From a virus, in the IMG/VR virus record IMGVR_UViG_3300045012_000235, positions 32,001-96,000 of that record: DNA of 64,000 nt. One strand, 5' to 3'. The notes under the pieces are model-generated. The model searched no databases. It was not told the DNA's origin and saw only the letters and a program-made list of their open reading frames with translations. The position numbers and the translations under genes were made by a program. Positions 28,570-37,122 of the stretch are shown piece by piece; the first letter of the stretch is position 1; every line of letters starts with the position of its first letter.

Positions 28570-29088
28570 ATGACCATCCTCATCCTTCCCCGCTCCGCCT
28601 GGCCCGCCGACCTCCAGCATCCCGAGGTCAAGGGGATCGCCATCGGTGGTTGCCGCGTCTCCGGCAAACGGCTCGGCGGTCGCCTGCACGCGCACGCGCA
28701 CATCCGCGGCGAGTCGCGCGGCTGGATCTGCTTTCGCAGTCCCGCGACGTTCGAGGAGAAAACCACGCGCCTGCACGAACTCGCGCACGTCGTCACCCGC
28801 GAAGGACACACGAAGCGCTGGCGCGAGTTCCTGCTCCAGATCGGCGGGACGCTCGACGCCGTCGCCGGCTGCCGCGACCACCATCCGCGCAAGCGCCCGC
28901 GCGTTGTGTCCACTGTCGTCAAGCCGGACGGCAGCGTCTTCGTCACCTACGACAGCGGCAGCGTGACCGGCTACCCGCCGGGGAGCCCCGGAGCCCTCAA
29001 GCGAGGCGCCCCATCGGTGGGTCCTCCCACGACCGCCGAGTTCTTGGCGTGGAATGATCGTCTCAACAAGGCAGGTGGTTCCCAATGA
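28570..29088 (+). CDS. HExxH zincin-like (SprT-like) metalloprotein
   Basis: LHELAH......GH...W motif. Confidence 0.65.
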   Translation: MTILILPRSAWPADLQHPEVKGIAIGGCRVSGKRLGGRLHAHAHIRGESRGWICFRSPATFEEKTTRLHELAHVVTREGHTKRWREFLLQIGGTLDAVAGCRDHHPRKRPRVVSTVVKPDGSVFVTYDSGSVTGYPPGSPGALKRGAPSVGPPTTAEFLAWNDRLNKAGGSQ

Positions 29089-29327
29089 AAACTTCAAAGT
29101 GCGCGGTGTTCACGGACAAAAACAAAAACGGCGTCTGCATCTGCGTCGTCAATTTCGAAGATCAAAAAGAGGTCAGCCAAGGATCCATCGTCCTCACGCC
29201 GGCGATTGCGCGGCAGATCGCACACGACATCCTCGTCGAGGCCGACAAGATCGACGCGCTCGGCGGTCCGACGGAAGCACTCAAAAACATCTGCGTCCCC
29301 GAGAACCGAAACGCGAGTGCGTCGTGA
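29085..29327 (+). CDS. hypothetical protein
   Basis: Coupled ORF. Confidence 0.5.
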   Translation: MKTSKCAVFTDKNKNGVCICVVNFEDQKEVSQGSIVLTPAIARQIAHDILVEADKIDALGGPTEALKNICVPENRNASAS

Positions 29328-29797
29328 TGCCGAACACCCTCCTCACCAAAACCCAGCTCCGGGCGCTCGTCGCGCTCGCCGACGGGAAAGAGCGATCGAT
29401 GCGCGCGTGCGGCGCCGTGAGCACGATGGAATCGCTGCGCGCTCGTGGGCTCATTGACTGCCGGCCCAATGAGAGTCTTGGTGACTCGCTCGCCGTGAAG
29501 ATCAACGACGCGGGGCGGGCGTACCTGCCTACGGCTCGCCCCATTACCGAGGTCGACCGGATGCTCGCCCACGGCGACCGCATCGCGGGCAAGCCGTCCG
29601 CTCGCCGCCGCACGCACCTTCGGTTCGGCAAGCTCGAGATCGTCCTCGTCGAGGAGACGGCCGAACCGACCCTCGTCTACTTGACCAACGGCGAGGGCGT
29701 CATCGTCGAGGCGACAGCGGGCGAAATGATTCGAGCAGCGTCTGCCGTTCAGGAGCTGCTGGCAAACCCACCTCCCATGAAAAGGAACCCTCGATGA
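29327..29797 (+). CDS. wHTH-like hypothetical protein
   Basis: LTKTQLRAL..L......L.ARGLI........INDAGRAYL. Confidence 0.55.
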   Translation: MPNTLLTKTQLRALVALADGKERSMRACGAVSTMESLRARGLIDCRPNESLGDSLAVKINDAGRAYLPTARPITEVDRMLAHGDRIAGKPSARRRTHLRFGKLEIVLVEETAEPTLVYLTNGEGVIVEATAGEMIRAASAVQELLANPPPMKRNPR

Positions 29798-30183
29798 AAA
29801 CTACACTGCCTCTTCTCGCCGCCTTCGCGGCCGTCTTCTTCGCGCACCACGTGCAAGCCGACACGCCGGAGCTCCCGACGTACTCCTACGCCATCCAGAG
29901 CAAGGGTTACAAGGACGCGGGCCTGTTCATGTCGGCCATTCACCTCCGCGTGCCGTCCACGCTCTGGATCTGCGACGTCACCTACTCGGGCCGCGCCGGC
30001 ATGATGGTTCGGTGCTCGACCCCGCGACTGCCCGGCGGCGAGCTCCCCGAGGTCATCACGCACGTCAACTGCACGTCCGCCGACACGGACGCGGAAACCA
30101 TCCACTTGTCCACGCTGGATCAGGGGGTCTACGCTTCCATCTCGGTCATGTGCAAGCGCAACCTCTACGACGACGGGTTCTAG
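29794..30183 (+). CDS. secreted hypothetical protein
   Basis: Signal peptide MKTTLPLLAAFAAVFFAHHVQA-D; four Cys. Confidence 0.6.
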   Translation: MKTTLPLLAAFAAVFFAHHVQADTPELPTYSYAIQSKGYKDAGLFMSAIHLRVPSTLWICDVTYSGRAGMMVRCSTPRLPGGELPEVITHVNCTSADTDAETIHLSTLDQGVYASISVMCKRNLYDDGF

Positions 30184-30716
30184 GCAAAATGAAAACCCTC
30201 CTCGCCTACGCGCTGCCTTTCGCGCTCTTCATGGCCTGGGTCTGGTACGGCACCCACGGCGGACAGTAAACCCACTCAATCTAGGGGAATTGAAAATGAC
30301 AGTCGAACACCTTCAAATCATGGCCAGGCGCCTGCACGCGCGCGACATCCGGATCAGCTTTCGGCGCAACTGGTCCGTCGCTGTCGTGACCGAGGATGCC
30401 AACATCATCATTGGTCATTCGTCCGACGAGCTCGAGACCGCCGTTCGCAACACCCTTCAAGAGCTCGAAAGGATCTCTTGAGCACGGACCTCATAGCGGT
30501 ATGCGACGAGTGCCGAGAGGAGATCCACCTGGGGCAGAGGATGGGCTGTGAATTTTCATTCGGGTATGGGCGAAACGACGCCGTGGGACAGTCGCAGGTC
30601 GCAGAGTGGTGCCATGACCATTCAACCCACGGAAACGGCGTACGCGTCTTGATGGCCCAGAGCGAGCTGCACCAAAAGCTCGACGCAGAGAACTACACAA
30701 GACCCGCGTGGGACGA

Positions 30717-31280
30717 ATGAACCCCCACATCCGCTCTGCCTACCGCGAATTTGACGTCGCCGTCGCGCGCCTCGTCCGGAAGGCACGCACCGAGGTCAGC
30801 GTCCCGTGCGCGCCCGGCTGCAGCCACTGCTGCTCCGATGTCGCCTGGGCGATCCAGCCCGAGGTCGACGAGCTGGCCGAGCGCGTCCGCAGCATGCCGA
30901 CCGCGAAGCGCAACCGAGTCCTCGCGCGCACACGCGCCTGGCTCACTGGCATGCGCACGGCAGGCCTGGACCCGGACCACGTCTTCCCGGATCTCCGCAC
31001 CTACCACCGCGCCCGCCTCGCCTGCCCGCTGCTCGAAGACGGTCAGTGCACGGCCTACGACCTGCGGCCGCTCTCATGCCGGGCGCACTACGTCGTCGCA
31101 CCGGACGCGCGAGGCTGCGCAAACCGCGCGGAGGAGCCGACCATCACGACGCTGGAGATGCCGGACCTGATTGCCGGGACGGTTGTGCGAATGCTCGACG
31201 GTAAGCCCACTGAGCTTCGGGATCACCTCTTGCCCAGGCTGCTCGGGGCTGTACTTGATGTCGAACCGCTACCGGACTGA
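30717..31280 (+). CDS. YkgJ/FliB-family Cys-cluster protein
   Basis: CAPGCSHCC ... CPLL...C..Y..RP..CR. Confidence 0.85.
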   Translation: MNPHIRSAYREFDVAVARLVRKARTEVSVPCAPGCSHCCSDVAWAIQPEVDELAERVRSMPTAKRNRVLARTRAWLTGMRTAGLDPDHVFPDLRTYHRARLACPLLEDGQCTAYDLRPLSCRAHYVVAPDARGCANRAEEPTITTLEMPDLIAGTVVRMLDGKPTELRDHLLPRLLGAVLDVEPLPD

Positions 31281-31328
31281 TGCGAATCAGGAGCCGCGCC
31301 TAGCACTCGGTCGGGTTACACTTTCCGC

Positions 31329-31556
31329 ATGGACCAAGTCGTCTGGCTGTTCATCTCCATCCTGGTCGCGTGCCTCGTCTTCGCGATCCTGTTTTGGCTG
31401 GCAGGACTTACCGCGTCACTGTTCCCTCCAGCTCTTCAGCCAAAGGTCCGGACGTTCCTCTACATCCTGCTCGGCCTATTCGCGATCCTCTTCTTGCTCG
31501 GCGACATCGGGGTGTGGGGCACGTGGGGGTGGGGCGGTCATCACTACCACCGATAG
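31329..31556 (+). CDS. small two-TM membrane protein
   Basis: Two long hydrophobic helices. Confidence 0.6.
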   Translation: MDQVVWLFISILVACLVFAILFWLAGLTASLFPPALQPKVRTFLYILLGLFAILFLLGDIGVWGTWGWGGHHYHR

Positions 31557-31835
31557 CTAGCCCACCCGGATCGCGAACCCGATCGCGATCCCGCACCCGA
31601 CGGCCAACACCACAAAGAGCGCGATCCACTTCTGCCGGCTGGCCCGGCGGATGAGGCTCGGCGGCTCGCTCGCGAACCGTGAGGCTTCACGGAGCAGCTT
31701 GCGCCGATCGTCCGGGCCGAGTCGCTCGGTCCGCCTGGATTCTTCGCGGATGAAGATCTCCGCCACCGTTTCTGTGACCTGGCCCGACCCGCGGCAGAGA
31801 TCGCAGCCGCCTTTGCATTTTGGGCACGCCCTCAC
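31557..31835 (-). CDS. CxxC/CxxCxGxG zinc-finger protein with C-terminal TM
   Basis: CPKCKGGCDLCRGSG; hydrophobic C-terminus. Confidence 0.5.
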   Translation of the reverse strand: MRACPKCKGGCDLCRGSGQVTETVAEIFIREESRRTERLGPDDRRKLLREASRFASEPPSLIRRASRQKWIALFVVLAVGCGIAIGFAIRVG

Positions 31836-31927
31836 AGAGACCTATCGTACCGTCAATTCTTGACTCCGCTACGTGGTCGTGGTCTCTAGGGGAGCGAGTC
31901 TGCACGGCGTAGCAACCGGGTAAACTC

Positions 31928-32028
31928 CGCCACCCTGCGAGGGGTCGCGCGATGGTGCTCGTCGGGCGGGACCTCCCACCCGCGATTGCTACCGCGCGGG
32001 CCTGCGCGCGGTCTCTCGCAGGGTGGCG
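31928..32028 (+). ncRNA. candidate structured leader/antisense RNA upstream of primase
   Basis: 14-bp perfect inverted repeat CGCCACCCTGCGAG/CTCGCAGGGTGGCG, extended to 24 bp by G-U pairs, plus an inner hairpin. Confidence 0.5.
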
Positions 32029-32107
32029 TCAGCCAAGAAAGGGAGATTCCAGTGGCGACCGATCATCCGGCCGTAGAGAGCTTTCGCGTTAGTTTCTACG
32101 GTAAACG

Positions 32108-34801
32108 ATGATGTCGGACCCGCAGCCCGTTGGGCTTGTTCTACCGGACTCGCTTTGCATCGTTGAGTCGGTCGAACAAGCCATCGAGGTCTGCTGCACC
32201 GCGGGACTCCGTCCCATCCTCATCCACGCCCCCGTCGAGGGAGGCGGTTGCACTTGCGGTCAGACCCACAAGGCCGCCGGCAAACACCCCATCGCGAAAA
32301 ACTGGCATGCACACGTTTACAGCCGCGATGAGCTCCTCGACGCAAGAGCGCGGCTCAAGTTTGTGCCGAACATTGGCATCGTACTCGGCGAGCAGCCGGG
32401 CGGCGAGTACCTCATCGCAGTCGATGTCGATGACGCCAACCGTTTCACGGTGCTCGAACTGCAGCTCGGCGCCTTGCCGGCGACACCGCGTTGCGATTCG
32501 GGGCGCGGCTATCGGCTCATCTTTGAGGCGCCGCCCGAGGTCGACGTCAAACAGCTCGTCAATGTCACTGGGGTCGGCGGCGAGTCGGGCGTGGACGTCA
32601 AAATCAAGGGCGGCCAGATTGTCGTCGCGCCCAGCGTGCACGCGAGCGGTCGGCGGTACGTCTGGACGAAAGTCGGCCCGATCGCCCGACTGCCCATTGC
32701 GTGGGCGTTGGAGCTCGTCAAGACGACCCCGCCACCGTGGGTGAAGAGCTTCACCCCACAAACGATGCAGGCCGACACGCGCGCCAAAAAGCGGGCGCAT
32801 CGGTACCTGGAAGTTGCCGTCATGCGTGACGCCGCCGCGCTTGCGGGATGCGGCGAAGGGATGCGCAACGACACGCTCTACAAGCGCGCGTTTGCGCTTT
32901 TCTCGCTCTGCGCGGGGCTCTACCTCTCCCACGAGTGGGCGTACGTCCACGAACAGCTCTTTCAAGCCGGGCGATCGGCGGGTCTACCCGAGCCCGAGGT
33001 TCGTCGGACGCTCTCCAGCGCCGAGAAGGGCGTGCGGGAGAGCGGCGCCGTACGGATGCCCGTCATGCTCGCCGAGCCAGAGCCGAGCCGGCCACCGTCA
33101 CCGCCAGGGACTTCGCGACCTCCTCCCTTCCAGGAAGAACCCGAGTTTAGACCGCAACATCCCTCGCGACCCGTCATCCGTGTGTCGACGGAGTTGTTAG
33201 AAAATGTAAATGCGGCCATCGCCGCACTCCGGACCGACAACAACATCTATCAGCGCGACGGTCTCTTGGTGCACACAACCCGCGTCACGCGCGAAGAGAG
33301 CGATGTCTCTCCGCACGTCGAGACCGACGACGGACGGCTCCACAAGCAGCTCGTCGAGGGCAGTCCGCAGATCCGAGAGACTCGGCTGTCCACCGTTCGT
33401 GAACGACTCTCGGCCGTCGCTGTCTTTCAGAAGTACGTCGAGAGCGCGGATCGGTGGAAGCCCATTCTACCGACCGACGCCATCGTGTCTGCGGTCCACG
33501 ACCGGGGGCAGTGGTCCGGTATTCCTCCCATCGTCGGTGTGGTGGAAACGCCGATGTTCTGTCCTGGTGGGGTGATCGTACAAACCACGGGCTACGACAA
33601 GCGAACTGGCTACCTTTACATGCCGAGCGAGCCGTTCCCGGTGGTCAGCGACGAGAACGCGACACAGGAATACGCCCGCTGGGCCTTCGACTTCTTGAGG
33701 GACGTTTTCATCGACTTCCCATACGTGTCGCCCGCTCATCAATCAGTGGCCATTTCCGCCATCATGACGTTGGTCGCCAGGCCCGCGATTCAGGGTTCGA
33801 TCCCAGCGCATCTCTTCGACGCCTCGACTCGTGGCAGCGGTAAGACGCTCCAGACCGACGCCATCGCGACCGCAGTCACCGGGCGTGGTGCCCCACGCAT
33901 GAACTACACCTCCGATGAAGTGGAGTTGGAAAAGATCCTCGGCGGCTACGCGCTCAAGGGATCGTCATTCATCTGCCTGGACAACGTGCCGACAATGCGG
34001 CCGTTCGGTGGCGGTCCGCTCGATCGGGTACTTACGGCGCGCGATAAGGTGGACCTCCGGGTGCTCGGCCGAACTGAGGTACTCACACTCACCTGGCGGG
34101 CGCTCATCATGGCGACGGGCAACAACATCACGCTTTTTGGCGAGACCGCTCGGCGAGTTCTCATGGCTCGACTGGAACCGATCGAGGAAAACCCAGAACG
34201 GCGGACGAAATTCACGCACAACGATCTACTTGAGTACGTGCGGGCGCAGCGGCCGCGCCTCGTGTCGGCAGCGCTACTCATCCTGCGCGCGTATCATCGG
34301 GCGGGATGCCCCAACATGGGATGCGCGCGGTGGGGCTCGTTCGAGGAGTGGTCACGACTCATCCCGCACGCGATCGTGTTCGCGGGTGGCGCAGACCCCA
34401 TGCTCGCGCGGCCGGAGCAGGATGAGGATGTCGACGTCGAGACGCAGGCGCTGGCGTGTATGCTCGATCAGTTACCGGTGCTGCACGAGAAGCTCCATAC
34501 CCTGGCTCCCGAAAGCGTGAACGGTGTCGGGATTGCGGCGCGCACCATTGTGTCGGCGCTCTACGAGCAGAACCCCGAGTGGCCTGAGTTTGAGCCACTC
34601 CGAGATGCCGTCGAGATCCTATGTAAGCCAAAGTACGGAAAGGCTCCTAGCAAACCGGATGCCGCAACGCTTGGCTACAAGCTCCGGTCGATGCGATCGA
34701 GGGTCCTGGGCGGTAGGAAGCTCATCGGTAAGCCTGGTGAGGCCCACGTCACGATGTGGCGGGTCGAGAAGACCGACACGAAAATTGACGTAAGTAATTG
34801 A
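32108..34801 (+). CDS. bifunctional primase-polymerase fused to a P-loop helicase-like domain
   Basis: CTCG..H..GKHP, NIGI, DVD, SGRG, VVAPSVH.SG.Y.W, GMRNDTL; RGSGKT, CLDNV, ATGNN, ARR. Confidence 0.9.
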   Translation: MMSDPQPVGLVLPDSLCIVESVEQAIEVCCTAGLRPILIHAPVEGGGCTCGQTHKAAGKHPIAKNWHAHVYSRDELLDARARLKFVPNIGIVLGEQPGGEYLIAVDVDDANRFTVLELQLGALPATPRCDSGRGYRLIFEAPPEVDVKQLVNVTGVGGESGVDVKIKGGQIVVAPSVHASGRRYVWTKVGPIARLPIAWALELVKTTPPPWVKSFTPQTMQADTRAKKRAHRYLEVAVMRDAAALAGCGEGMRNDTLYKRAFALFSLCAGLYLSHEWAYVHEQLFQAGRSAGLPEPEVRRTLSSAEKGVRESGAVRMPVMLAEPEPSRPPSPPGTSRPPPFQEEPEFRPQHPSRPVIRVSTELLENVNAAIAALRTDNNIYQRDGLLVHTTRVTREESDVSPHVETDDGRLHKQLVEGSPQIRETRLSTVRERLSAVAVFQKYVESADRWKPILPTDAIVSAVHDRGQWSGIPPIVGVVETPMFCPGGVIVQTTGYDKRTGYLYMPSEPFPVVSDENATQEYARWAFDFLRDVFIDFPYVSPAHQSVAISAIMTLVARPAIQGSIPAHLFDASTRGSGKTLQTDAIATAVTGRGAPRMNYTSDEVELEKILGGYALKGSSFICLDNVPTMRPFGGGPLDRVLTARDKVDLRVLGRTEVLTLTWRALIMATGNNITLFGETARRVLMARLEPIEENPERRTKFTHNDLLEYVRAQRPRLVSAALLILRAYHRAGCPNMGCARWGSFEEWSRLIPHAIVFAGGADPMLARPEQDEDVDVETQALACMLDQLPVLHEKLHTLAPESVNGVGIAARTIVSALYEQNPEWPEFEPLRDAVEILCKPKYGKAPSKPDAATLGYKLRSMRSRVLGGRKLIGKPGEAHVTMWRVEKTDTKIDVSN

Positions 34802-34818
34802 TCTCTCGTTCAACTTTT

Positions 34819-34963
34819 AGGGAGATGAGGCGATGAGGGGGATAGTACAAGCGCATTTTTCAAAATCATGAACTTGGGCACTGCGTGTGCTACAACAGCT
34901 CGCTCCATACTGCATTTTTCGACAGTCACAAGTGCAGCATCCCCCTGATCTCCCTATCTCCCT
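34819..34963. promoter_or_regulatory. putative replication origin (inverted iterons around an AT-richer core)
   Basis: AGGGAGAT, AGGCGAT, AGGGGGAT (34819-34843) and inverted ATCCCCCT, ATCTCCCT, ATCTCCCT (34939-34963) directly after the primase stop. Confidence 0.65.
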
Positions 34964-35560
34964 GTGATGGACCTGTTCTTCTGCCCTGTCTGTGGACGCC
35001 GGCATTGTAAAGCGATCGGGACAGTATGCTCCGATTGTCGCATCCAATCGATAGCGCAACGATCGAACCGTTCCGGCGACTTGATACCTGGAAGATGCTT
35101 CTACTGTGATCGGGAAACTTTCGTCGGTAACGAGCATGTTGTCCCGCTCGCTCGAGGTGGGCCACATGAGTCGTGGAACATTGAGAAAGCCTGTCTTCTC
35201 TGCAACGGAGATAAGAGCGATCAGCTTCCGAGCGAGTGGTGCCCAACCCATGAAGAGGCGCTCACCATCGAACGGCGGGTGCCGACCATTTTTCCACGGA
35301 TGCGGCACGGACGAATTATTGGCGATCACGCTGATGGGTACGCTCGTATCCGTTCGTTGTGTGCCAACTTTATCTACACACTCCATACTGAAATAAGAGG
35401 GTTACCGAAGAGGAAATTGAACCAGGCGGTCACCGCGTGGCGTGCTGTTGAAAAGCTCCAGAGACACGTCAATGACGTGATTGTGAACGCGGAAGCTAAA
35501 GGAGAGAATGTGGAGAGGAAAGTAGAGTTCCGCCACCAAGTGGTCAGCAATCCGCCTTGA
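34964..35560 (+). CDS. HNH endonuclease
   Basis: CFYC....EHVVP..RGG....N...AC..CN..K. Confidence 0.85.
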   Translation: MMDLFFCPVCGRRHCKAIGTVCSDCRIQSIAQRSNRSGDLIPGRCFYCDRETFVGNEHVVPLARGGPHESWNIEKACLLCNGDKSDQLPSEWCPTHEEALTIERRVPTIFPRMRHGRIIGDHADGYARIRSLCANFIYTLHTEIRGLPKRKLNQAVTAWRAVEKLQRHVNDVIVNAEAKGENVERKVEFRHQVVSNPP

Positions 35561-35903
35561 CCATTGCCGCCAGCTCCGCACACCACCTCGCAACCGTCTG
35601 CTCCACCGACTCCCCGGCGAGTGGCCAAAGCACTACGTGAGGCACGCCCCAGGAGCGGCAGAACTCGGCCCAAACCCTCTGCTCGGCGGAGAGTCGACCG
35701 CTTCTAGACTTCAATTCGATTTCGACAACACGCCCACCACGAACGTACCCAACGAGGTCGCACTGCCCCTTGATGCCGTACCGAACGACCTGGCCCCCAT
35801 GCAGCGCGCGAGCGGCGCCGACGTTGCGGCGGAAAAGACGTATCTCAGGACAGAGACGAGGGGCGGCGAGAAGGAGCGCGTCTTGGGTGGTTAGCTCGCC
35901 CAT
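35544..35903 (-). CDS. VRR-NUC domain nuclease
   Basis: FRRNVG...G..G..DL.G......IELK...GRLS.EQ..W. Confidence 0.85.
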   Translation of the reverse strand: MGELTTQDALLLAAPRLCPEIRLFRRNVGAARALHGGQVVRYGIKGQCDLVGYVRGGRVVEIELKSRSGRLSAEQRVWAEFCRSWGVPHVVLWPLAGESVEQTVARWCAELAAMVKADC

Positions 35904-35910
35904 CGGAACA

Positions 35911-36144
35911 TCATAGGAGCCGACCACTACTGTCGATGATGCAGTAGCCGTTCTCCATGCAGACAGCTCGCATACGCTCCTTCGATCGAAACGGATTCTC
36001 TCTCGATCCATCACCCGTCTCGTCGGACCCGTTCTCTAGGTCGACGTAGAAAGAGAAGATATTTCGAGCGCATAAGCTTGAAGGGGCCTGAATCAATCTC
36101 GGGAGCGCCTCGATGAGGTCTCGCACACTCTGACGACTCACCAT
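35911..36144 (-). CDS. small protein with DUF1565-like YVD..GSD..GDGS...PF motif
   Basis: FYVDLENGSDETGDGSRENPFRS. Confidence 0.45.
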   Translation of the reverse strand: MVSRQSVRDLIEALPRLIQAPSSLCARNIFSFYVDLENGSDETGDGSRENPFRSKERMRAVCMENGYCIIDSSGRLL

Positions 36145-36953
36145 ATGAGGAGCTCCCCCACCGCACCGCGTTTTCCGCCATTGCTGTTGATGTTCCTTCG
36201 AGCTTGTACCGCGCGCATCTCGAACCCCCTGTAGAGCTCCCGCACAGCGGGGAGGTCTGCGTTCGAAAGTAGAACGTGAACGCCCGACGCCTTGAGTCGT
36301 CCGGCGAAATCGACCAAGCGTTCTTGATCGGCGATCCCGAATCCGGCCGCCGTGAAGCTAGTGAAATCACTGGTCCCACCCACCGGAACGTAGGGCGGGT
36401 CGAAGTACACGAAGTCGCCCGACCGGGCCGGCTCCGCCACAAAGGTGAAATCGGCCTGGACTAAATCCACCCCCTGAAGCGCTCGCGCGCAGGCGCGCAG
36501 ATTTGCCTCGTCGCAGACGGTGGGGTTCTTGTAGCTGCCGATCGGGACATTGAAACCGCCGGAACGGTTGACGCGGTAGAGGCCATTGAAGCCAGTCTTG
36601 TTGAGGTAGATCATCCGCGCAGCAAGAGCGGGGCCGGTCAAATCACTCCCCAGCCCGCGCACGTGATAGTAGTGCTTTGCAGAGTGCAGCCGAGCGTGGG
36701 CGTGTAGCGTTTTGATGACCTCCTCGACGTCGTCTCGAACAGCTCTGTAGGTGCCTACCAACTCGCCGTTGGCGTCGCCGAGTCGCGTACCGCCAACCGG
36801 AGAGAGGTCGAAGAAGACGGCTCCACCACCGAGGAACGGTTCGACGTAGCGGCCAAACTTCTCGGGCACATGCTTTCGGATCTCGGGTAGGAGCTGCCGC
36901 TTGCCGCCGACCCATTTCAGAAATGGTGTTGCCGGAGACGGTAGTGCGGTCAT
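36138..36953 (-). CDS. dam: Dam-like DNA adenine methyltransferase
   Basis: FLKWVGGK, EPFLGGGAVF, YLNKTGFNGLYRVN..G.FNVP.G, FDPPY. Confidence 0.92.
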   Translation of the reverse strand: MTALPSPATPFLKWVGGKRQLLPEIRKHVPEKFGRYVEPFLGGGAVFFDLSPVGGTRLGDANGELVGTYRAVRDDVEEVIKTLHAHARLHSAKHYYHVRGLGSDLTGPALAARMIYLNKTGFNGLYRVNRSGGFNVPIGSYKNPTVCDEANLRACARALQGVDLVQADFTFVAEPARSGDFVYFDPPYVPVGGTSDFTSFTAAGFGIADQERLVDFAGRLKASGVHVLLSNADLPAVRELYRGFEMRAVQARRNINSNGGKRGAVGELLIW

Positions 36954-37122
36954 CGGGTCTCCTTGCATCCGGTTTCGTTGCCGTTCGGCTTGTAGAATTT
37001 GCACTCACCACCCTCTGTCGGGATGACGCCGCACGTGTGGCAGTACGGACCTTCGGCGTCGGGGCCGTGGTCACAGTCGTCGACACCAACCTCCGCACCG
37101 CACGCGACGCAGTACAGCGCGC

